Below, piece after piece: positions 9,071 through 16,758 of a stretch of 64,000 nt of DNA. Both the position numbers and the translations under genes were made by a program. Positions within the stretch are counted from its first letter, which is position 1. Every line of letters begins with the position of its first letter. Where the stretch lies: contig MTMD02000008.1 in the NCBI GenBank assembly GCA_002010065.2, positions 96,001 to 160,000 of the forward strand, in the 5' to 3' direction. Origin of the DNA: Candidatus Pyrohabitans jungbluthii. GTDB taxonomy: Archaea > Hydrothermarchaeota > Hydrothermarchaeia > Hydrothermarchaeales > BMS3B. The notes under the pieces were generated by a model, which was not told where the DNA came from, did no database searches, and was given only the letters and a program-made list of their open reading frames with translations.

Positions 9071-10273
9071 ATGAAGATAGACATAATCTACCTCGCGCTA
9101 CAGAATATCAAGAAAAGGAAGTTCCGCACCATTGGCGTGGTCATAGCTATAGCCATAGCCTCGGCTACGCTCTTCTCCTCGATTATACTAATGAAGAGCA
9201 TGTCCTCCTCCCTCGAGCTGGGCATAGCTCAGCTTGGCGCAGACATAATGGTGGTGCCTCGCGAGGCAGAAGAGCCATTGAGCGCCATCCTTCTGGGCAG
9301 CGCCCCCTCGAAGCACTACCTGAGTAGGAAGTACGAGGAGCGCATCGCAGGCATAGAGGGAGTGGAGAAAGTTGCGCCTCTCGTATTTCTTGAAACCTCA
9401 GAGCAGGGGTGCTGCTTCAAGCCGGGCATTTTTATCATTGGCTTCGACCCTGAGAAGGACTTCATAGTAAAGCCATGGGTGGAGAAGCAGCTTGGCAGCC
9501 TAGCTGCCTTTGAGACTATCGCTGGCTCAGGTTATGACTGGATGCCGGGCTTCAAGGTCTACCTGTACGGCTTCCCCTTCACCATAGCTGCGAAGATGCC
9601 AAGCACCGGCGTAGCCTACTTTGATAAAGGTATCTTCATGCCTCTCGACAGGCTCTACTGGTTGGCGAAGCGCTCTCGAGAGTATGAGGACATCGCCGAT
9701 CTCACGTTGCGCTCTGGGCAAGTGTCTGCGATTATGATACAGGTTGCCCCAGGGGAGGAGGCGGAGCGCATCGCAAAGGCAATTGAGTTCTACTTCCCAG
9801 AGCTTAAGGCAGTGGTTGCTCAAAAAGCTCTGGGCAACGTAAAGAAGCAGATGCTAATGCTGCTGCGCAGCCTCTTTGCCCTAAGCGCCTTTACCTGGCT
9901 AACAGCCGTGATTCTTGTCTCTGTAATACTCTCAATGAGCGTCAATGAGCGCCGCCGGGAATTTGGAATCCTGCGCGCCCTGGGAGCGACAAAGCGGTTC
10001 ATCTTCGGGGAGGTTATCGCAGAGGCTTACATCCTCGCCACCCTTGGAAGCGTGCTCGGCATGCTCGCGGGCTACGCCTTTCTCACAGGCTTCCAAGACT
10101 TCGTCATAAACTACCTGAACATGCCTTACCTCATACCCAACAAGTTCTATGTTGCTCTCATAAGTCTTGTAATAATCGACGTTTCCCTCTTGCTGAGCAC
10201 CGTAGCCAGCTTTTACCCCGCCTACAGAAGCGCAGAGCTTGAGCCCTACGAAGCTATAAGGTCGGGTGAGTAG
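9071..10273 (+). CDS. ABC transporter permease (FtsX/MacB type)
   Basis: LGADIMVVP; ERRREFGILRALGA; extracytoplasmic GCC motif. Confidence 0.9.
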   Translation: MKIDIIYLALQNIKKRKFRTIGVVIAIAIASATLFSSIILMKSMSSSLELGIAQLGADIMVVPREAEEPLSAILLGSAPSKHYLSRKYEERIAGIEGVEKVAPLVFLETSEQGCCFKPGIFIIGFDPEKDFIVKPWVEKQLGSLAAFETIAGSGYDWMPGFKVYLYGFPFTIAAKMPSTGVAYFDKGIFMPLDRLYWLAKRSREYEDIADLTLRSGQVSAIMIQVAPGEEAERIAKAIEFYFPELKAVVAQKALGNVKKQMLMLLRSLFALSAFTWLTAVILVSVILSMSVNERRREFGILRALGATKRFIFGEVIAEAYILATLGSVLGMLAGYAFLTGFQDFVINYLNMPYLIPNKFYVALISLVIIDVSLLLSTVASFYPAYRSAELEPYEAIRSGE

Positions 10274-10957
10274 ATGCTCATTGAAACGCAGAACCTAACA
10301 AAGGTATACAGGCTGAAGGAGTATGAGGTTGAAGCGGTTCGCGATGTGAATCTCGCCGTAGCTGAAGGTGAGTTTATCTCAATAGTGGGGCACTCGGGCA
10401 GCGGAAAAACAACACTTTTATCCCTCATTGGTGGGCTCACAAAGCCAACCTATGGTAGGGTTCTCATCGACGGCATAGATATATGGAGCCTGAGCGATGA
10501 GGAGCTTTCACGCATGAGGAATAGAAAGATAGGGTTCATGTTCCAGTTCTCAAGCCTAATACCCACCCTCACGGTGAGGGACAACATGCTCTTACCTGCG
10601 GCGCTCTCTGGAAAGGTGGGAAGCGCTGAAATGAAGCGAGCGCGGGAACTTCTGGAGCTTGTGGGTCTGGCAGATAAGATAAACGCTTACCCCACGCAGC
10701 TCTCCGGCGGCCAGCAGCGGCGAGTTGCAATTGCCAGAGCATTCATGAACAGCCCGAAGATTATCCTCGCCGACGAGCCCACTGGCGACCTAGACGAGAA
10801 GTCAGAGATGCATGTAATGAAGCTGCTCAAAGCTATGAATGAAGTTGAGGGAACAACCATAATCCTCGTTACACACAGCCGCGAGCTTGCAGCGCAGACG
10901 CAGCGCAGGCTTGTGATGAAAAACGGGCGACTTTTTGAAAAAAAGAATTTTCTATAG
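10274..10957 (+). CDS. ABC transporter ATP-binding protein (LolD/MacB type)
   Basis: [25 protein letters not shown]. Confidence 0.95.
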   Translation: MLIETQNLTKVYRLKEYEVEAVRDVNLAVAEGEFISIVGHSGSGKTTLLSLIGGLTKPTYGRVLIDGIDIWSLSDEELSRMRNRKIGFMFQFSSLIPTLTVRDNMLLPAALSGKVGSAEMKRARELLELVGLADKINAYPTQLSGGQQRRVAIARAFMNSPKIILADEPTGDLDEKSEMHVMKLLKAMNEVEGTTIILVTHSRELAAQTQRRLVMKNGRLFEKKNFL

Positions 10958-10984
10958 TATAAAAAGGATTTTAGTAAGCCCGAG

Positions 10985-11013
10985 ATTATTTATAACGCTC
11001 TTTTTATAATAAT
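10985..11013. promoter_or_regulatory. AT-rich inverted repeat upstream of the LysR promoter (possible operator)
   Basis: ATTATTTATAA-N8-TTATAATAAT just upstream of TTTCGAAAACTCTTAAA. Confidence 0.35.
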
Positions 11014-11064
11014 TTCGAAAACTCTTAAAGTGGTTATCAGAATAATAAAAAAAGGTGCTGTAAG

Positions 11065-11988
11065 GTGAAGCTCAGGCTGGATTATCTTGAGACTTTTAAG
11101 GAGGTTGTTGAAGAGGGAAGCTTTCTCGGCGCCTCGAAAGCGCTGGGTATGAGTGTGAGCACAATAAGCCTGCATATCGATGCTGTGGAGAAGTTTTTTG
11201 AGGCAAGGCTTCTTGAGCGCAACGTCAGCGGGGTAAAGCTCACAAGAGAGGGGGAGATTGCCTACAACGGCATAAAGGAGCTTTTCACACTCCTTGAAAA
11301 GACAAAGAAGGGGATAAAGAACCTGAGCACCAAGATTGTAAACATAGGCATAGGCTGCGTGGGAGTGCCCATAATCGCGGAGATTCAGATGGGTTACAAG
11401 GAGGTTCGTCCTGACGTAGACGTCAGGGTGAAGCTCACCGGAGAGTACACGTGCTTAGAGCTGCTGGAGCATGGCGAGGTCAGCATTGTGCTCGCTGGTT
11501 ATCCGACGCCGCTCAAGCTGGGCGACGGCTACCGCGTTGAGGAGATAGGCTACGACCGCTTTGTTTTAATAGTGCCTCCCAACCACGAGCTGGCGAAGAA
11601 GAAAGAGGTCACCGTGGAGGATGTGCTCTCATATCCCATGGTTACCCTGAACAAGGGGTACAGCAGCACCGCCATTGAGGATACCCTGCGAGAACTCAGG
11701 AACGTAGAGAAGGAGCAGAAGATTGAGTGCAGCGTGAACGACATCTTTTCTCAAATTTACGGCGTCTCCTCAGGGCTGGGCACGGCAATCGCAAGTTACG
11801 TGCTTTCAAAGCGCTACGAGGAAGGGGGTCTGGTGGTAATTAAGGAGATAAAAGACTTTACCGATGAAAGACCAATATATGCGATAACCACAGATAAAGC
11901 GCTTGAAAATCCAGTTATAGCAGATTTCTACACCTACCTTGTTGAGAAGGGAACTGAACTTCTTGAAAAGTACAAGGTGGTTAAATGA
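11065..11988 (+). CDS. LysR-family transcriptional regulator
   Basis: N-terminal HTH (GSFLGASKALGMSVSTIS...LLER...LT.EG) plus substrate-binding domain. Confidence 0.9.
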   Translation: MKLRLDYLETFKEVVEEGSFLGASKALGMSVSTISLHIDAVEKFFEARLLERNVSGVKLTREGEIAYNGIKELFTLLEKTKKGIKNLSTKIVNIGIGCVGVPIIAEIQMGYKEVRPDVDVRVKLTGEYTCLELLEHGEVSIVLAGYPTPLKLGDGYRVEEIGYDRFVLIVPPNHELAKKKEVTVEDVLSYPMVTLNKGYSSTAIEDTLRELRNVEKEQKIECSVNDIFSQIYGVSSGLGTAIASYVLSKRYEEGGLVVIKEIKDFTDERPIYAITTDKALENPVIADFYTYLVEKGTELLEKYKVVK

Positions 11989-12512
11989 AGGAGAACACAA
12001 AAAAGTACATCCCCTACATCTGGCTGGACGACGAAACGGGGCATCCCCTGATGATGAACGAGAGGTGTACAATAATCTTTAGCGAGACCCTCAGTACGCT
12101 GAGGCTTAGCCTCTACAAAATAATCGGCGAGGGCTCAGAGATGCTTCTCCGCCTGATAGGCAGAGATATGGGGAAGAAGTATGCGCAGCTTGTTCTAAAG
12201 CAGTACCCAGAGTTGAACGAGGTAAGCAAGCACACGCAGATTTACGAGCTATGCTCAATAATACTCAGAAATACAGGCTTTGGGAAGATAAAGATTCTCG
12301 AGCTCGACGTGACCAAGCCAGAGATGAGGGCGATAATCAAGGACGCACCTTCTGGGCTGGGAATCAAGTCTCTCCCTCCCATCTATAACCTCGAAGCAGG
12401 GATGCTGTGCGGCATCCTGGAGGAGATCTTCGATAGGGAGATGGTAGTCTCAGGCTACAGGTTCAATGAAAGCGAGGATAATTATGAGTTAACAATAACG
12501 AAGGTGGAGTGA
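11985..12512 (+). CDS. V4R-like small-molecule-binding domain protein
   Basis: G.DMGK..A, GFGKI, EAGMLCGILE pattern typical of V4R/TRAPP-like folds. Confidence 0.6.
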   Translation: MKENTKKYIPYIWLDDETGHPLMMNERCTIIFSETLSTLRLSLYKIIGEGSEMLLRLIGRDMGKKYAQLVLKQYPELNEVSKHTQIYELCSIILRNTGFGKIKILELDVTKPEMRAIIKDAPSGLGIKSLPPIYNLEAGMLCGILEEIFDREMVVSGYRFNESEDNYELTITKVE

Positions 12513-12734
12513 ATGCGGGTGTTGGACGTTAGAGGTGAGATATGCCCCGTTCCCCTCGTGCGCTGCGTGAATGAAATAAAGAACATGAAGCCCGGAGAGG
12601 TGCTGAAGGTTATCTCAGATCACCCCCCCGCGAAGAAGAGCATACCAATGGAGATGGAGGCACAGGGACACGAGTACACCATTGAGGAAGACGGCGCTGA
12701 GTTTACAATAACCATAGTCGTCAAGGGTAAGTAG
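12513..12734 (+). CDS. TusA/SirA-family sulfur carrier (YeeD-like)
   Basis: LDVRGEICPVP motif; 73 aa. Confidence 0.9.
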   Translation: MRVLDVRGEICPVPLVRCVNEIKNMKPGEVLKVISDHPPAKKSIPMEMEAQGHEYTIEEDGAEFTITIVVKGK

Positions 12735-12735
12735 T

Positions 12736-13206
12736 ATGCGCTACCTTTCCCCTACAACAGCAGCGATTCTTCTTGCCCTGCTGAACCTCTCGCTGTACAT
12801 TACCCTCGACAGACCCTGGAGTATAACCACCGGCGAGAGCCATTTTGTTGCCTATGTGGAAAACCTATTTTTTCCAGAGCACGTGGCTAACAATGCCTAC
12901 TTCCAGCGGTATATACCTGAGCTCAACTGGCGGGTGTATCTGAACTTCGGGATAATCTTCGGCGCTTTTATTGGTGCATACCTTGGAGGCGACTTTAAGG
13001 TGCGCATCCCCAGGGTTAAGATGCGCTTTCTTCAGGTTTTCATAGGCGGGCTACTTATGGGTTATGGTGCTCGCCTCGCCATAGGGTGCAACATTGGTCA
13101 CATAATGTCTGGCGTACCTCAGCTGGCCATCTCCAGCATAATCGCCTTCATAGCAATAGCTGCCGGTGCTTACATCGGCGGGAAGATTCTAATGCGGGTG
13201 GTGTGA
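12736..13206 (+). CDS. YeeE/YedE thiosulfate transporter family, half-protein 1
   Basis: GGLLMGYGARLAIGCNIGH. Confidence 0.88.
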   Translation: MRYLSPTTAAILLALLNLSLYITLDRPWSITTGESHFVAYVENLFFPEHVANNAYFQRYIPELNWRVYLNFGIIFGAFIGAYLGGDFKVRIPRVKMRFLQVFIGGLLMGYGARLAIGCNIGHIMSGVPQLAISSIIAFIAIAAGAYIGGKILMRVV

Positions 13207-13737
13207 ATGGACGCTCTATTGGGATTCCTCTTCGGCGTTGCAATAGGCTTTGTGCTTGAGCGCGGACAATTTTGCATGGCCTCCGCCTTTAGAGATTTCT
13301 TCCTATTCCGCCACACCCATATTCTACGCGCTGTGATGCTCTATCTTGCTCTGCTTACCCCAGCCTTCTTCCTGTTTCACAGCGCAGGCTTGATTGAGAC
13401 CTACCCTTACATAAAGGATGCAGGGTTATTCACCGCCGTGGGTGGAGTAATCTTCGGCATAGGCATGGTGCTTGCCGGAGGCTGTGCCTCTGGCACACTT
13501 TATAGAATAGGCGAAGGTTACGTCACCTCGCTCGTGGCACTTGTGGGAATGCTTATTGGTATTGGCGCCTTTGGTGAGAGTTACTCCTGGGTAAAAGAGG
13601 TTTTAATTGACACCACGAGCATGGGTAAGCTGACGCTTGCCGAGGTTGCAGGTATTTCGCAGAGCGTAGCTGTACTCTTTGGTACTGCTAGTTTTGCAGC
13701 GCTTTATCTGTGGATGAAGAGGAATTTTAAAAATTAA
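13207..13737 (+). CDS. YeeE/YedE thiosulfate transporter family, half-protein 2
   Basis: RGQFCMASAFRD and GMVLAGGCASG. Confidence 0.88.
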   Translation: MDALLGFLFGVAIGFVLERGQFCMASAFRDFFLFRHTHILRAVMLYLALLTPAFFLFHSAGLIETYPYIKDAGLFTAVGGVIFGIGMVLAGGCASGTLYRIGEGYVTSLVALVGMLIGIGAFGESYSWVKEVLIDTTSMGKLTLAEVAGISQSVAVLFGTASFAALYLWMKRNFKN

Positions 13738-13933
13738 CAAAAGGCACTGTCTCCCCGCTCAACGGTGATTTCGAATTTAGTGTAAGGGCTCTCACTCTAT
13801 TTTCGTTATTACTGTAAAAGCTTTCGAAAAATTTAAATACATGTTCCTATACCTAATAAATCAAAATGTTTAATGTAAAACCTGCATGACATCATAGGCA
13901 TTAAAAAATAATTTAACAAAAGAGGAGGTGAAA

Positions 13934-13981
13934 GTGTTGGAAACCTGCCAACCCGCTAAAATAAGGAGGTGGAGGGCATGA
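13934..13981 (+). CDS. Putative 15-aa leader peptide (MLETCQPAKIRRWRA)
   Basis: GGAGGTGA SD, GTG start, stop overlapping the rhodanese ATG (ATGA). Confidence 0.35.
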   Translation: MLETCQPAKIRRWRA

Positions 13982-15138
13982 ACAAAGGTTTACTGGCGCT
14001 GCTTGTAGGCGTGCTGTTTTTTGCCAGTGCCTCGCTGGTAAGTGCAGCAGAGTATCCCGGCCCACTGGTTTCCATGGACTGGGTTGAGGAGCACCTGGAC
14101 ACCATAAAGAACCCTGACCAGACAGAGATTCGCCTTGTCGAGGTGAGCAAGTCTGGTTATGATAAGGGGCACATCCCCGGAGCGGTGCACATCAAGTGGG
14201 GAAGTGAGGTATTTGGTCCCGGAACAGACCACATGCTTCCTGATTATGCAGCGATGTCTGCAGTGATGAAGAAACTCGGAGTTACCCCGGACACCCACAT
14301 AGTTATATACGCCGACAAGCTTGACCAGGCAACCCGCTTCTACTGGACGCTCAAGTACTGGAATGTGGAAAAGATAAGCATAATGAACGGCGAGAAGAAG
14401 GAGTGGAAGGAAGAAGGTCGCCCCATGACCACAGAGGTGCCGGATGTTAAGCCACTCGACTACCCGCTCAAGTATCCACCCAACTCAAAGGTAAACGCAC
14501 TGCTTCACCCCGACGTCATGGAGGGTCTTGCAACTGGAAAAGTACTCTTCGTAGATGCCAGACCCGCCGCCTACTTCGAGGGCAAGAAGTTCTCCCTCAG
14601 CAAGTGGGTGAGAAGCGGTCACATACCTGGTGCAGTTAACGTAGCCTCCCCGGAAGAGGTCGTGAAGGATGGCAAGATACTGCCCATCGAAGAGCTCAAG
14701 AAGATTTACGAGAGTAAGGGAGTGACCCCCGACAAGAACATCATAGTGTACTGCAACACTGGCGTCAGGTCTTCGCTGGCATGGTTCATACTCCACGAGC
14801 TTCTGGGGTATCCAAATGTCAAAAACTACGACGGCTCTATGAGAGAGTATGCCAACAGCTTCTACCTGCCGATGGAGCCTGACTCCTTCAATGTGTACAA
14901 GGACTTCCCCAAGGTCCCAATGCAGGAAGTTAAGGACATAGCCACAGAAGCAAAAAGCGCAGCAGACAGCAACGCTGCAAAGATCGCCGAGCTGGAGAAG
15001 CAGCTTGCAGAGACAAGACAGATAGCTGAGGCAGCAAAAGCCGAAGGTAAGGGCTTGTGCGGACCCACAAGCGTCGCACTACTCGCTGCGCTTCCGCTCG
15101 CAGGGTATGCCCTGCGCAGGAGGTACATGAAGAACTAA
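13978..15138 (+). CDS. Exported tandem-domain rhodanese (sulfurtransferase) with CGP-CTERM sorting signal
   Basis: Signal peptide; two GHIPGA motifs; YCNTGVRS active loop; YDGSM; C-terminal LCGP-hydrophobic-RRR. Confidence 0.9.
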   Translation: MNKGLLALLVGVLFFASASLVSAAEYPGPLVSMDWVEEHLDTIKNPDQTEIRLVEVSKSGYDKGHIPGAVHIKWGSEVFGPGTDHMLPDYAAMSAVMKKLGVTPDTHIVIYADKLDQATRFYWTLKYWNVEKISIMNGEKKEWKEEGRPMTTEVPDVKPLDYPLKYPPNSKVNALLHPDVMEGLATGKVLFVDARPAAYFEGKKFSLSKWVRSGHIPGAVNVASPEEVVKDGKILPIEELKKIYESKGVTPDKNIIVYCNTGVRSSLAWFILHELLGYPNVKNYDGSMREYANSFYLPMEPDSFNVYKDFPKVPMQEVKDIATEAKSAADSNAAKIAELEKQLAETRQIAEAAKAEGKGLCGPTSVALLAALPLAGYALRRRYMKN

Positions 15139-15161
15139 ACCCCTCCTCTCTTTCTTTTTTA
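15139..15161 (+). terminator. Pyrimidine/oligo-T archaeal terminator
   Basis: CCCTCCTCTCTTTCTTTTTT directly after the stop codon. Confidence 0.5.
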
Positions 15162-15175
15162 TTGTTAGGTTGCTC

Positions 15176-15348
15176 CATTATGGTTAAAACAATGAGGAAG
15201 ATATTGTGCGTTTTCTTTTAACCATGATGAAGATGCTTCCTACGCCGCTTTGGATTAACCAAGTAAAGAGGTGTAGGAGGCTGACGTTAGCCTCAGGCTC
15301 TTTGATGAGAATCAATGTGAAAAGAAATATTGACCGGAGGTAGCCTGA
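15176..15348 (+). ncRNA. Putative structured cis-regulatory RNA leader
   Basis: Five visible stems, two partly mutually exclusive; the last one encloses the GGAGGT SD. Confidence 0.45.
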
Positions 15349-15351
15349 AAG

Positions 15352-16758
15352 TTGAATGGAAAATTTGGAACCGCCGTGCTGGGCGCTGGCTTGGCTGGCC
15401 TAGCGTCGGCGTATACCCTGGCAAAAGCAAAGAAACGCGTGGTTGTAGTTGAGAAAGACTCTCAGGTGGGCGGACTTTCGCGTACAGTGGTGCATAACGG
15501 CTTTCGCTTTGATCTCGGTGGGCACCGCTTTTTCACAAAGAACCCCGAGATTGAAGAACTGGTGAAAAACCTGCTCAGCGATGAGCTGGTTGTGGCGAGA
15601 AGAAGCAGTAAGATTTTTATGCGGGGAAAGTACTTCGATTACCCCCTTAAGCCTTTCAACGCCCTTTTAGGACTTGGAATGAGAGAGAGCGCAAAGATAG
15701 TTATAGACTATTCCCTGGAGAGGCTGCGCTCGAGAAAAAGCATAATATCCCTAGAGGACTGGGTAGTGGCAAACTTCGGCAGGGAGCTTTTTAATATCTT
15801 CTTTAAAGAGTACAGCGAGAAGGTGTGGGGAATAAGCTGCGACAGGATCAGTGCTGAGTGGGTGGCACAGAGAATTCGCGGGCTCTCGCTCGGTGTAGCA
15901 CTTAAGGATGCGTTGCTTAGAATTAACCACCGCAAGCCAGCGACGTTGATTAGGGAGTTTCTTTACTCGGCGAAGGGCATCGGGAGGCTGGCTGAAAGGC
16001 TCAGGGAAGAAGTGGCACCAAACCCTGTGCTTCTCGGATGCAGGGTGAAGAGGGTAGACCATGCCCGAGGAAGAATTCTCAATATTACTGCGCAGAACTG
16101 CGATAGCGAAATCACCATTGAGGCTTCCAACTATATCTCCAGCATCCCCATCACCAGCCTGGTTAAAATGCTTTCACCTGAACCGCCTGAGGAGGTGCTC
16201 CAAGCCGCTTCCAAGCTCAGGTTCAGGGATACGGTAATAGTTGCGATTATGGTGAATAAGCCCAGGGTAACCTCGCTGAGCTGGATATACATCCCTGAGA
16301 AGAAGATACCCTTTGGCAGGATACACGAGCCCAACAACTGGAGCGAGGCGATGTCTCCCAGGGGTAAGACTTCGCTCGTGACCGAGTACTTCTGCTTCTC
16401 CGGTGAAAAGCTGTGGAACATGAGCGACGAGGAGCTTGCCCAGGTTACTGTAGAGCACCTGGAAGAGCTTGGGTTCATAAAAGAGAAAGATGTGATAGAC
16501 TCTCGCGTGGTGCGCGTGCGCAACGCCTACCCCCTGCTGGAGGTGGGCTACCGTAGGCACTATGAAATGATACTGGACTACCTCTCAGGCTTTGAGAACC
16601 TGCAGCTGGTTGGCAGAACAGGGATGTTCCGCTACCACAACATGGACCATGCCATGGAAACAGGGATAAAGGCAGCAAGAAACATTCTGGGAGAGAAGCA
16701 TGACCTGCTCACAGTGAACTGCGCCACTGAGTACATAGAGGAGGTACACCCGCGGTGA
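15352..16758 (+). CDS. FAD-dependent oxidoreductase (protoporphyrinogen oxidase/UDP-galactopyranose mutase-like)
   Basis: GAGLAG dinucleotide fold; GG motif; FDLGGHRF; GRTGMFRYHNMDH. Confidence 0.85.
   Translation: MNGKFGTAVLGAGLAGLASAYTLAKAKKRVVVVEKDSQVGGLSRTVVHNGFRFDLGGHRFFTKNPEIEELVKNLLSDELVVARRSSKIFMRGKYFDYPLKPFNALLGLGMRESAKIVIDYSLERLRSRKSIISLEDWVVANFGRELFNIFFKEYSEKVWGISCDRISAEWVAQRIRGLSLGVALKDALLRINHRKPATLIREFLYSAKGIGRLAERLREEVAPNPVLLGCRVKRVDHARGRILNITAQNCDSEITIEASNYISSIPITSLVKMLSPEPPEEVLQAASKLRFRDTVIVAIMVNKPRVTSLSWIYIPEKKIPFGRIHEPNNWSEAMSPRGKTSLVTEYFCFSGEKLWNMSDEELAQVTVEHLEELGFIKEKDVIDSRVVRVRNAYPLLEVGYRRHYEMILDYLSGFENLQLVGRTGMFRYHNMDHAMETGIKAARNILGEKHDLLTVNCATEYIEEVHPR

Noticed and set aside
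11012-13832. Shared TTTCGAAAA upstream of the LysR and rhodanese promoters as a LysR box
   Set aside because: The same word occurs at the ftsZ promoter (29826) and overlaps the generic BRE
15232-15300. Minus-strand resemblance to a TPP riboswitch 3' half (TGGTTAATCCA...GCGTAGGAAG, CTGAG)
   Set aside because: Wrong orientation for the adjacent operon, lacks the P2 and CCUGAU core, and no thiamine gene is nearby
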